Positions 10,472-20,048 of a stretch of DNA of 64,000 bases are shown here, piece after piece; positions within the stretch are counted from its first letter, which is position 1, and every line of letters begins with the position of its first letter. The translations under genes were made by a program, and so were the position numbers. A model generated the notes under the pieces. The model was not told the DNA's origin. It ran no database searches and saw only the letters and a list, made by a program, of their open reading frames with translations. The stretch comes from a virus (lineage: Duplodnaviria; Heunggongvirae; Uroviricota; Caudoviricetes), in the IMG/VR virus record IMGVR_UViG_3300006204_000001. One strand, given 5' to 3'.

Positions 10472-10493
10472 TAGGCCCATATGGGCCTATTAT
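10468..10493. terminator. bidirectional terminator
   Basis: Palindrome ATAATAGGCCCATATGGGCCTATTAT between convergent genes. Confidence 0.75.
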
Positions 10494-10509
10494 AAAATTT
10501 TTTGTTTTG

Positions 10510-12804
10510 TTAACGAGTTACAACTCCTGCTAATGGAACCCATCCAGGTGCCTTATTACCATAACCAAAATTTGGATCATTCTTATATCCTTCATTATAT
10601 ACAAATGATACTCCTGTAGCTACATTTATATACAATACTTGATTTGTTACATCTATTTCTTTACATACAGATGATTCAGGATCTACTCTATAATCAGTAA
10701 ATTTTTGATCTGGTCTTGGATCTCTTTGATCCTTATGAATATAAAGTTGAGATAAAGCATTAGGATTATTTGTTTCTACACCATCTGGATTACGAGCAAT
10801 ATTATCAAGCATACTATCCAATGTAAATTTATAATAATTATTGAAATTATTAGTATCATAATTAGAGAATAATAATGCCTTTATATCGCATGGTCTTTCT
10901 ACACCCATAGGTCCTTGATCAACCCATTCACCAGTAAACACTTGTATTCCGTCTTTAATTACCCATGTAGGATTTTGTGTATTAATTACATATCTAAATA
11001 GATGTACATGTACTCCAGCTGTTGCATTGCCTCCATGTTCATAAAATGCTACTGATGATGTATTAGGATTAGGTATTGGACCACCTCTACCAGAATTAAT
11101 TCCACTATATGCTGGACCTGCAGCTGTTGATCTAATATTAATTATCCCTCCTTGAGTATCAGGAGTATTTACATCTGACCATAATGATTCATTATCGGAT
11201 CTTACAGATGGTGTAATATCAACATATGCATATAGATTATTTTTTATCTGTGTAGCATTACATTCTATAGTAGCTTTACATGATACAGATAATAATGCAC
11301 CATGACCAACTCCACTCATATTTGAGAATGGTAATCCTACTCCATGTGTACTTGGATCTTGTTCGAAAACCCTTTCTTTTTCTATTATATATTCACCTGA
11401 TTGAATTTGTCCATTGGATCCAACTGTCTTTACAATATAAATGAACACATCATCACCAAAAGACCATCTTAATTTATCACCAATTTCATATTGTAATCCT
11501 GATTCAACAATGTTAATTTTTATATTTTCAGAATAATATTTAATAGATACTCTATTATATCTCCATTGATATAATTGACCACGTTGAAATGGTTGATTTG
11601 TTGTGTTTAATTTTGCAAATGGAACAGGTTCACTATTTTCAATAACAATTTCCATATTAACTGGATTTAATGGTTGAGCAAGATAAGAATCATTGTATGT
11701 ATATCTATCAAACCAATTTGGTGACCATTTACCATCAAATGAATAATAAAATATGTGTCGTTTAGCTCCAGGTGTTTCATTATGTATCATAGGAGTCATA
11801 GTTTGATTAACTAAATCCACTCTATTCAATTCATCTAATGATCTAAATATACCTGGTAAATATCCTGCTTCATGTTTAACACCACAAAAATCTTGATTAG
11901 CTCCATATGAATTAATTGGTTCACCCAGACGATCACCTTTTCTACCTAATTCTAAATCAACTCCTAAATCAGGTTGTTTGTTATATTGATCATTACCATC
12001 ACATTCACCATAATTCGGTTCACCTTTTAATCCTATCCTTTTATTGGTTATAAAGTCACCACCATTCTTATCACGCGATATTTCAGGATAAACGAAAGTA
12101 CGATCATCAAGATTATCTAACATATATCTATTAGAATTAGTAAAATTATTATCAGTATGACGATAATCTGGATCAGATACAAAGTCAAGATCATTCATTA
12201 ATTGTGTTATTCTTGTAGGTATATCCCCTATTCTTGCTACTGTTCTTTCAGGTAATCTATCTTTGATTTGTCTTGTCTCATTGTTAACATAATTAGGATC
12301 ATCATTACTATATAAATATGCTCTACCGTCATATGGATCGAACACCATTCCTGCCATTCTATTATCTGTTTTAGTAACCATATCATGATCATTAGATAAT
12401 CCATATCCTTCTTTTTCTGGTATAGTTGCATTAGCTCCTATATAAGTTCTATTTACTACTGTACTAATAGAATCAGAAGACATAGATTTATCCCATTCTT
12501 CTATGTTATGAGGTAAACCAAATACTCCACTATCATTAGTTATACCTGCATAACCATGATATGCATTATTATCTGGAAATGTACGGATTTCCATTCTTTG
12601 GTAAATACCTCTATTATGTAATTCACCTGTATATTTATATAGCAATTGATTATCATAAAAATCAGTATCGGTATTAGGTTTTAAATTCCATCTCAATCTT
12701 TCCTGACGTAACATTTGTCTTATACCATCAGGATTTAAATAACGTAATATTTCTTCTGGTGTTGTTCCTATCTCTTCACCACTTGGAAGAATTGATTTTC
12801 CCAT
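10510..12804 (-). CDS. probable virion (baseplate/tail-associated) protein
   Basis: 764 aa, Gly/Pro/Asn rich; DFVSDPDYRHTDNNFT tail-fibre-type motif; SGLQYEIGD motif; late-type promoter motif upstream. Confidence 0.5.
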   Translation of the reverse strand: MGKSILPSGEEIGTTPEEILRYLNPDGIRQMLRQERLRWNLKPNTDTDFYDNQLLYKYTGELHNRGIYQRMEIRTFPDNNAYHGYAGITNDSGVFGLPHNIEEWDKSMSSDSISTVVNRTYIGANATIPEKEGYGLSNDHDMVTKTDNRMAGMVFDPYDGRAYLYSNDDPNYVNNETRQIKDRLPERTVARIGDIPTRITQLMNDLDFVSDPDYRHTDNNFTNSNRYMLDNLDDRTFVYPEISRDKNGGDFITNKRIGLKGEPNYGECDGNDQYNKQPDLGVDLELGRKGDRLGEPINSYGANQDFCGVKHEAGYLPGIFRSLDELNRVDLVNQTMTPMIHNETPGAKRHIFYYSFDGKWSPNWFDRYTYNDSYLAQPLNPVNMEIVIENSEPVPFAKLNTTNQPFQRGQLYQWRYNRVSIKYYSENIKINIVESGLQYEIGDKLRWSFGDDVFIYIVKTVGSNGQIQSGEYIIEKERVFEQDPSTHGVGLPFSNMSGVGHGALLSVSCKATIECNATQIKNNLYAYVDITPSVRSDNESLWSDVNTPDTQGGIINIRSTAAGPAYSGINSGRGGPIPNPNTSSVAFYEHGGNATAGVHVHLFRYVINTQNPTWVIKDGIQVFTGEWVDQGPMGVERPCDIKALLFSNYDTNNFNNYYKFTLDSMLDNIARNPDGVETNNPNALSQLYIHKDQRDPRPDQKFTDYRVDPESSVCKEIDVTNQVLYINVATGVSFVYNEGYKNDPNFGYGNKAPGWVPLAGVVTR

Positions 12805-12824
12805 TATTTTAACCTCTCTTTCTA

Positions 12825-12836
12825 TAGTAAACTGTT
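12825..12836 (-). promoter_or_regulatory. putative late-type promoter AACA-N6-TA
   Basis: Minus strand reads AACAGTTTACTA just upstream of the RBS; matches the AR9 late consensus. Confidence 0.45.
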
Positions 12837-12859
12837 ATAAAGCAGTAATAAAAATTTCT

Positions 12860-12871
12860 AATATATATTAT
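12860..12871 (+). promoter_or_regulatory. putative early-type promoter motif
   Basis: AATATATATTAT upstream of the tmk operon. Confidence 0.45.
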
Positions 12872-12926
12872 TAATGAGATATAAACTATTATTAAAATTT
12901 AATTTTATAAAAGGAGGAAATAATAT

Positions 12927-13577
12927 ATGGAAGGTAAATTTATTGTTTTTGAAGGTATAAATTCATGTGGTAAAACTGAAATAAAAAATAGAATTTATCA
13001 TAGAATGATATCAGAAAACTATCAAGTTGAAACTAGAGAGGAACCATCTCATGATACTCCTATAGGTAAAATGACAAGAGAATTATATTTATCTGGGAAA
13101 AGATATCATGATCCTATTATATTAGGACATTTAATATCTATAGATAGGTATGAAAATACTGTAGATCCAAATTTTGGTACATATTGGAAGTTACAAAAAG
13201 GCATTAATATCTTACAAAGTAGAAATTATATTTCTACATGTGCATTGAATTGCATGGGTAATACATTATCAATTGAAGATTGTGCAAGATTAAATGAAAT
13301 TACTACTAATATACTACAACCAGATCTTGTATTATTTTTAGATATTGATTATAAAACTGCTAAAGAAAGATTATCTAAATATAAATATCATGATGTCCAT
13401 GAAAAGGATGAAGATTTAAAGTTAAAAGATCTTATTGATTCATATAAAAAAGCAGTTGATTTTTTACAATATAGAGATAAATTAGATATTGCAATTGTAA
13501 ATGCTAAATTATCTATTAATGATGTAGAAGAAATATGTTGGAACTTAATAGAACCTATTCTAAAAAAGGAGGAATAA
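12927..13577 (+). CDS. tmk: thymidylate kinase
   Basis: FIVFEGINSCGKT P-loop, TREEP, SRNY (DRY equivalent), PDLVLFLD. Confidence 0.9.
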   Translation: MEGKFIVFEGINSCGKTEIKNRIYHRMISENYQVETREEPSHDTPIGKMTRELYLSGKRYHDPIILGHLISIDRYENTVDPNFGTYWKLQKGINILQSRNYISTCALNCMGNTLSIEDCARLNEITTNILQPDLVLFLDIDYKTAKERLSKYKYHDVHEKDEDLKLKDLIDSYKKAVDFLQYRDKLDIAIVNAKLSINDVEEICWNLIEPILKKEE

Positions 13578-13582
13578 TACCA

Positions 13583-14266
13583 ATGAATATTACAATTGGA
13601 GAATTAGTCAACGTATTAATTCCTTATACAAGTAGAATTGAAGTATTATACATTGATACTATACCTATTATAAAAGCATATCTTCAAAGAAGAAATATGG
13701 TTTGCAGAGCTTTAATGTATATTGCTCAAACAAATGAAAATAGTTATACAGTTATTGATAATTGTGATGATATTAATAATCGTATTTATTTATCTTCTAA
13801 TAAAGAAAAACCATTTGTAGTTATTAAAGAAATAATACCCCATGTATTTAGTATGAATACAATGGATTTTCCAGAAGATATTTCTATAAAAAAAGATATT
13901 AGATATACAGAATTTATAGATTATTTATATCAAAGATTGTTTTATTATGGTATTATAAAATTCAATCCTAAATATTTTAATACCATTATAACACAAGATA
14001 TGAATATTAATAGTAATAAAATAAAGAATATAATCAATAAACGTTTTAAAGAGAATAATAAACAAGGCACAATTAGAGATCTAATTGAAATTGTTCATTA
14101 TAAAAAGAAACCATTTGATTTAGAAAATTTGAAACCACGTGAACTTGGATGTGTTACAGGTAAATTGAGAGATATAGGTTTATCAGTTACAGTAGAAAAC
14201 AATGTCATTATTGATATTGAAATACAAATAGAAAGGAATGAAATAAAATATGAATCGAGAACTTAA
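13583..14266 (+). CDS. hypothetical protein
   Basis: ORF; start moved to ATG 13583 behind an AGGAGG RBS. Confidence 0.7.
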   Translation: MNITIGELVNVLIPYTSRIEVLYIDTIPIIKAYLQRRNMVCRALMYIAQTNENSYTVIDNCDDINNRIYLSSNKEKPFVVIKEIIPHVFSMNTMDFPEDISIKKDIRYTEFIDYLYQRLFYYGIIKFNPKYFNTIITQDMNINSNKIKNIINKRFKENNKQGTIRDLIEIVHYKKKPFDLENLKPRELGCVTGKLRDIGLSVTVENNVIIDIEIQIERNEIKYESRT

Positions 14267-14528
14267 AATTGGAGGATTGTATCACCATTTTAAAAAAGAG
14301 AAAGATCAGAATTATAGAGTTATAGGTGTAGCATTACATACAGAAACAGAAGAAAAACTTGTTATATATCAACAAGAATGGGGAGATCGCACTGGATTAT
14401 TTGCTAGACCATTAGATATGTTTTTATCTGAGGTTGATAAAGAAAAATATCCTAATGTAACTCAAAAATATAGATTAGAAGAAATAAAAGAAGATGACTT
14501 AATTTTGGAAGGTGAAAGTAATGGATAA
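14250..14528 (+). CDS. DUF1653 family protein
   Basis: YHHFK...ALHTETEEKLVIYQ...ARPLDMFLSEVDKEKYP...QKYR. Confidence 0.9.
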   Translation: MNRELKIGGLYHHFKKEKDQNYRVIGVALHTETEEKLVIYQQEWGDRTGLFARPLDMFLSEVDKEKYPNVTQKYRLEEIKEDDLILEGESNG

Positions 14529-14814
14529 TATTTGTAGAATTGATTATAAGAAGGCATTAGAAACAGGGGGAATTACAATGGCAAATTTATTAACTACGAA
14601 CAATACAGTTGTTACATATACTAATGAACGACCAAGAATGAAATTAAATCCTGATCTAGATGTTACTATACCTATTATCAGTTCTATTGCTTCAAATAAT
14701 GGAAGATGTCCATGGATATTTGAAGCTAACTCAACTATTGATGATCACTGCCCATGTCCTATGATGTTAGTTCATGGAAAATGTGTAGTTGATCTATATA
14801 TAGAAGATAAATAA
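14521..14814 (+). CDS. hypothetical protein
   Basis: ORF translationally coupled within the operon. Confidence 0.65.
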   Translation: MDNICRIDYKKALETGGITMANLLTTNNTVVTYTNERPRMKLNPDLDVTIPIISSIASNNGRCPWIFEANSTIDDHCPCPMMLVHGKCVVDLYIEDK

Positions 14815-14836
14815 ATTTATTAAAGGAGGACTTTTT

Positions 14837-16033
14837 ATGTCAATTTTTAATCAACTTAATATCAATTTCATAGAACCTGGCTATGAAATTGCAACTATGC
14901 CGTGTGCACACAAACATTGGGATGTATTAAAACATCTTGAAAGAATTGGACGAGTATGTTACAAATCAGAGGATAAGATCACAGAGGAATCATGTATTAA
15001 ATTTCTTGATAATATTAAAAAAAGAAGACATTGGGCTATGCTTGAACATTTTACATTTGTAATGGAAGTATCAGAAAGAGTTTATTCTGAATTAGTTTAT
15101 GATATTCCAACTAAAGTAGTTCAAGATATTGATTATAATCAAAAAAGAAGATTTATTAATGTATCAAAGTATAAAGATTCAAAAGGTAATACCAGAGCTC
15201 TTGTATCTGGATCAGCTACTGCATTTAATTATCTATGGGAATGTAAATGTTTTTCAGATAATGATTCTAAAGATGCAATTCCTTTTCTATGTAAATTTTT
15301 AAATAGTTTATATCCTGAGATTATGAGAAATCCTTGGGCTATTAATAATTTTACAGATGAAAAATTATTATCAACAAGAATGACTGCTTTGTTATTAAGT
15401 AGAGAAGAAATTGAAGCATTACCTACTGAGCAAAGATTAATCCATGATACAATGTCAGTTAAGTTTTTAACTAATATAGGAATAGCAATTGATATGTGTA
15501 GACATCGTCCTGTATCAATTGCTATGGAAAGTACAAGATATGTCAATTATGGCAACAAAGGTTATCAGTATATTGTACCAGAATGGGTTTCAGATCATGA
15601 TAGAGAAATATTAGAAGATCATGATAAATTATCTAAAATAATTGATTTACCTATAGGAACAATGGATAAAGCTTTAAGACAACAAGATGATCCATTTGAT
15701 GATACTGCTGTATTGGAATGGCTATATAATCAAATGATAGCATCATTACAGTATCAACGTTGTCTTGATAAAGGATGGGTGGCTCAACAAGCTAAAGATA
15801 ATCTTCCTAAAGCATATAAGACAGAATTATATATTACAGCTAATTATTATGAATGGATCCATTTCTTTAATATGAGAGCTGATACTGCTCCACATCCAGA
15901 TATGAAGAAACTTACATATCCATTACTAAAAGAATGCTGTAATAAAGAACCTGATATCTTTAAAAATATTAAATGGAGAATTGAAACAGAGGAGGGAATG
16001 AAATATGCAAACAAACTCAATACAGTCAACTAG
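14837..16033 (+). CDS. thyX: flavin-dependent thymidylate synthase
   Basis: GRVCYKS, HWAMLEH, RHRxxSxxxESTRY signature, W.HFF.MR...PHPDM. Confidence 0.92.
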   Translation: MSIFNQLNINFIEPGYEIATMPCAHKHWDVLKHLERIGRVCYKSEDKITEESCIKFLDNIKKRRHWAMLEHFTFVMEVSERVYSELVYDIPTKVVQDIDYNQKRRFINVSKYKDSKGNTRALVSGSATAFNYLWECKCFSDNDSKDAIPFLCKFLNSLYPEIMRNPWAINNFTDEKLLSTRMTALLLSREEIEALPTEQRLIHDTMSVKFLTNIGIAIDMCRHRPVSIAMESTRYVNYGNKGYQYIVPEWVSDHDREILEDHDKLSKIIDLPIGTMDKALRQQDDPFDDTAVLEWLYNQMIASLQYQRCLDKGWVAQQAKDNLPKAYKTELYITANYYEWIHFFNMRADTAPHPDMKKLTYPLLKECCNKEPDIFKNIKWRIETEEGMKYANKLNTVN

Positions 16034-16328
16034 ACAGGTTACATTACAAAAAAATGAATTTCTTACAGAGATTAAACCTGTAGGAGTATCATATAGATGT
16101 GAATTCTGTAATGAAGGAGAAATGATATTTGATGTTAAAGCAATTATGACTAATCAAGTTATTATTGCTCCTAATCAAGCTCCGTTATTTCCTCATATAT
16201 GTACAAAATGTAATAAGACAATGAAGTTACAAAAACAATATCCATATATTGATTGGATTAAATTGGAGGATAATAATGAGAATGAATCAACTGACATTTC
16301 TAAAAATGACAATGAAATTAAAAAATAA
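16005..16328 (+). CDS. zinc-ribbon protein
   Basis: CEFC...CTKC pairs. Confidence 0.65.
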   Translation: MQTNSIQSTRQVTLQKNEFLTEIKPVGVSYRCEFCNEGEMIFDVKAIMTNQVIIAPNQAPLFPHICTKCNKTMKLQKQYPYIDWIKLEDNNENESTDISKNDNEIKK

Positions 16329-16581
16329 AGTATCCTGTATTCAACAGGATAGATTTACTAAGTTAACATTAAGACCAGAATTGGAAATTACTTTAACACA
16401 CTCCAATGGAAATATGCATGTAACATTTCCTCCCAATTGTGTAAGTTTTATTATTACTACTAAAAAAGATTTACAAGAGGTAATTAATATACATGAAAAC
16501 AATGAAAATGTTGGAATAAAGTTAAAAGAATTTCAAAATGAAATTGATAAATATATTCAAAGTCAATTAAATGAATTTTAA
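16276..16581 (+). CDS. hypothetical protein
   Basis: GGAGG RBS before ATG 16276. Confidence 0.65.
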   Translation: MRMNQLTFLKMTMKLKNKVSCIQQDRFTKLTLRPELEITLTHSNGNMHVTFPPNCVSFIITTKKDLQEVINIHENNENVGIKLKEFQNEIDKYIQSQLNEF

Positions 16582-16622
16582 ATAATAAGGGGAGATATCT
16601 CCCCTTATTATTTATTTTTTTT
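16581..16622. terminator. bidirectional terminator
   Basis: AATAATAAGGGGAGATATCTCCCCTTATTATT palindrome. Confidence 0.85.
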
Positions 16623-16632
16623 ATTTATGAAG

Positions 16633-18339
16633 TTATCTTCCTGCAAATGGATTTATAAAATCTTCTATATCTTCTACTATACCTGATACCATATCATTTA
16701 ACCATTCTCCTGATGATAAATAATTATCAAGGTTTTTAAACATAACTTTTCGTTGTTGAGTATATGTATCTATAGAAGGAAATAAACCTGATATATTAGC
16801 AAGATAATCATTTAATGTTTCATTAAATAAAAATGATGCTGGATCATTTGCAGGTGATATTGTCATAGAATTATATAAATCTTCTATTATAAATGTTACT
16901 TTTACCTCTAATGGAAATCCGTTTACAGATACTCTCTTTCCATTAGGATTTTTACTAATAGTCATTTCTTTTATAATACCAAGATGACATGTAGTTTGTC
17001 CTGGTATCCATGACTGAACAAGATATGGTGATGCTGTAGTATTAGCAGTAACTAATCTAGGTGATGCTAATGCAATAAGATGTAATAATGGTACTATAAT
17101 ATTCATAAAATAATTATAAATGTCACCATATGGTGTAGTTAATGTTACAGTATATTCAGAATTCATACCACTAGATGTAGATGATTTATATATCTTTGGA
17201 TATATCATTTTTTGTCCTTTTAATGATCCTATAGCGCCAGAGAATAGATTAGTCATAAATCCACCAGTTAATCCTTCACATAATTGTGATATTTTAGTTG
17301 TAATACCTTCTCCTGCATCTCCTAAAAATCCTATTACTGATCCAATAATTCCAGTATCAGCATTAGAATTAGTTATAAAACCAATCTCGCTACCAATCTC
17401 ATCACCTACGGCTTGTATAGCATTTGCTATAGCAGATGGTCCAACTTCATTTGATAACGTTTCATTATATGTAGACATTTCTACCATAAATTGTACAGTA
17501 GATATTTTATTTCGTAATCCATTAGCAATAGATTTTTTACTCCATATTTCTTTTGCTTGTTGTGCCATATTTCCTAAAAAAGTTGTACCTAATGAATTAT
17601 CGATACTAGAATCATTTGTATATGATCCTAAATAATATGCTGTTGCCGTACTACCTGCACCGAACAAACTAGCAATATCATTAGCTGCTCCATCTAATAA
17701 ATGCTTTAAATATTGCCATGGTGTTAATACAGACGATGTTCGTAACATTCTATAATTTTCCCATTTTATGTCAGAAAAATCACTCATATTATTTTCTTCT
17801 TCACCTAAGAATGTACCATGTGGATATTTAGTATTTTCTGATGCTGTTAATCCTAAGAATATTGCTACAGATCTACACATGTAATTTACATGTTGCATAT
17901 AATCATAATAAGTTTCTCTAAATCCAAACATTCTTCTTTGTAATTTAGATCCTTTTCCAAAAATAGTATTCTTTGCTAATTCTCTTAATAAATTTAATAC
18001 ATTACTATTATTGGAATTCTTATCCCAATATAAACCTTTAATCATGCTGACTAAATCAGTATTATTATCACCACCTGTATATTTAGGCATACCTGGTTTA
18101 ATATATAATATTGGACTATTTAACATAATATTTTTCATATATTGATAACCTAAACTACTATTAACATCTTCAATTCTCATATCCACTTGATCCATTAATT
18201 GAAATGGAGCACCAAATACTCTATTTGTATATTGATTTACAAATCCTCCAAATACTATATTACCGGTTTCAGGATTTTGCCTAATAAGTCCTTCTGTTTG
18301 TTCTAATTCTTTATTTACTATTTTAGCAATTGTACTCAT
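16633..18339 (-). CDS. probable baseplate/tail-tube cap-like virion protein (T4 gp48-like)
   Basis: C-terminal MIYPKIY...YTVTLTTPYG...SPYLVQ...GIIKEMTISK...PLEVKVTF pattern typical of tube-fold baseplate proteins. Confidence 0.5.
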   Translation of the reverse strand: MSTIAKIVNKELEQTEGLIRQNPETGNIVFGGFVNQYTNRVFGAPFQLMDQVDMRIEDVNSSLGYQYMKNIMLNSPILYIKPGMPKYTGGDNNTDLVSMIKGLYWDKNSNNSNVLNLLRELAKNTIFGKGSKLQRRMFGFRETYYDYMQHVNYMCRSVAIFLGLTASENTKYPHGTFLGEEENNMSDFSDIKWENYRMLRTSSVLTPWQYLKHLLDGAANDIASLFGAGSTATAYYLGSYTNDSSIDNSLGTTFLGNMAQQAKEIWSKKSIANGLRNKISTVQFMVEMSTYNETLSNEVGPSAIANAIQAVGDEIGSEIGFITNSNADTGIIGSVIGFLGDAGEGITTKISQLCEGLTGGFMTNLFSGAIGSLKGQKMIYPKIYKSSTSSGMNSEYTVTLTTPYGDIYNYFMNIIVPLLHLIALASPRLVTANTTASPYLVQSWIPGQTTCHLGIIKEMTISKNPNGKRVSVNGFPLEVKVTFIIEDLYNSMTISPANDPASFLFNETLNDYLANISGLFPSIDTYTQQRKVMFKNLDNYLSSGEWLNDMVSGIVEDIEDFINPFAGR

Positions 18340-18392
18340 TTATATTTCACCTCGTATCATTATATAAATATTAAGATAAGGGTTTAAAGATA

Positions 18393-18428
18393 AAATAACA
18401 TAATGGGATATAATCCTATTATGTTATT
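18393..18428. terminator. hairpin/terminator
   Basis: AATAACATAATGGGAT-ATA-ATCCTATTATGTTATT. Confidence 0.5.
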
Positions 18429-18697
18429 ATTTTAAATTGTTTATTAAATCTATCATAGCATAATGCTTGTAAATATGTTGGTTGTCCAGTAAGATAAGGA
18501 TTTGGTTTTATTCTATAAAAATTACAAGTTGGAATACTACTAGTTGGACAATTATATCCTAATCTAAAAATATCACATTGCATAATTTTTGATATTGCAA
18601 CTAATAATTGTATTTCAGTTAATGAAAAGTATCTGCTATATATATTCCTAAATACATAGTATCAAATTATTAAATTATAATAAAAGGAGAGAAAACA

Positions 18698-19891
18698 ATG
18701 AATGCAAAGTTTGAAAGAAATGATCATGTTATAATTAATAAAGGAAAACATAAAGGTGAAAAAGCTGTTATAGTTGATAGACTTATACCAAATGAAGATA
18801 CAGGTAAATCCGCATATATTATCAATTATAATAGTAATAATATTAAATTATTTGAAGAATATCTTGATAAAGATTTAGAATATGTAGAGCCTGAAAAAGA
18901 TGTATTCTTAGAAAGTTTAAAACCAAAGGAATATATTCCTAAATACAAAATGGGTGATGTGTTAGATGGACCAGATTGGGATCCTAAATATAGAAAAAGA
19001 AGATTATCTAGAAGATATGTTATTCAAGAATGTATTGAAACTATAAAAGAAGATGGTAGCAGTGAATTCTCTTATCTCGTAAATTGGAATCATTCTTATA
19101 TGGAAGGAATAACATATACATTTACAGAAGAAGAATTATTTGATTATAAATATACAGATGAAAATTGGTGTGAAGTATTTACAGAGCATATGAATAATAA
19201 TTTATCTGAATGGAGAGGAGAATTATATAATTATGATATAATTTATAATAATCTAACAAATAGGTTTGAGCCAGCAGATAAAGTTACAATGGATGAATAT
19301 TCGCCTGAAAAATATACACTTCCGATTAAACAATTAGATCATATAATGAAAAGGCATACAATATGGTGGAGAGGTACTCTTATAATGAATAATAAAGATA
19401 AAAAACACCAAGAAATGAAAAAACATCTATTCGAAAAATTCAATTTTAATAGTTATGATGAAATGGAAAATTTCTTTCAGATTATGTGTGATAAAATAGT
19501 TTCTCGTAATAGAAGTAAAGATATGTCAAATGAACAATTAAAGAATTTTGTGCCTGAAAATAAATGTGGCTTTACCACAGATGAAATTAATTTTGCTTTA
19601 GAAATTGATAAAATAGATGAAGAGAATGGACGAAAAATAAGCCATTTTCCATTAGAGATGACATCATTACAAATAATGAAAAACATTTATGAAGCATATC
19701 GTTTTTGTAAGAAGCAAGGTAAAAGACAGATAGTGAAAATTGCAGATGAATCTAAAGGTAGTCTTCCTGCACCTGAAAAAGGTAAAGTATTATACAGAGG
19801 AATGAGTCAAGAACTTATAATTGACTTTTGGTATAATTTTGATTATGACATTATAGAAATAGCATATCCTGTTAGTAAAAGATATTATTAA
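18698..19891 (+). CDS. protein with N-terminal KOW/SH3-like repeats and C-terminal EndoU/toxin-like nuclease domain
   Basis: VIINKGKHKGEKAVI (KOW-like); HIMKRH...SHFP...IMKNIYEAY...YRG...IAYPV. Confidence 0.5.
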   Translation: MNAKFERNDHVIINKGKHKGEKAVIVDRLIPNEDTGKSAYIINYNSNNIKLFEEYLDKDLEYVEPEKDVFLESLKPKEYIPKYKMGDVLDGPDWDPKYRKRRLSRRYVIQECIETIKEDGSSEFSYLVNWNHSYMEGITYTFTEEELFDYKYTDENWCEVFTEHMNNNLSEWRGELYNYDIIYNNLTNRFEPADKVTMDEYSPEKYTLPIKQLDHIMKRHTIWWRGTLIMNNKDKKHQEMKKHLFEKFNFNSYDEMENFFQIMCDKIVSRNRSKDMSNEQLKNFVPENKCGFTTDEINFALEIDKIDEENGRKISHFPLEMTSLQIMKNIYEAYRFCKKQGKRQIVKIADESKGSLPAPEKGKVLYRGMSQELIIDFWYNFDYDIIEIAYPVSKRYY

Positions 19892-19896
19892 TAAAA

Positions 19897-19931
19897 TAAA
19901 TAAAGGGAGATTAAATCTCCCTTTATTTTTT
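19897..19931 (+). terminator. Rho-independent terminator
   Basis: AATAAAGGGAGAT-TAA-ATCTCCCTTTATT plus T run. Confidence 0.85.
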
Positions 19932-20048
19932 ATCATATTATATTATTTATATAAGGTTTATAATAATTATAATAATTTATATCTGATTTATATAATGCTA
20001 ATATTTTATAATTATATGTAATCCCATATATGGGAACTCTATTATGAT

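Noticed and set aside
17120-17635. Antisense and alternate-frame ORFs in the track (e.g. 17120, 30112, 47368, 50790, 54842 and other 60-240 aa ORFs inside long genes)
   Set aside because: They are shadows of the real genes' codon bias, with no RBS and no recognisable motifs
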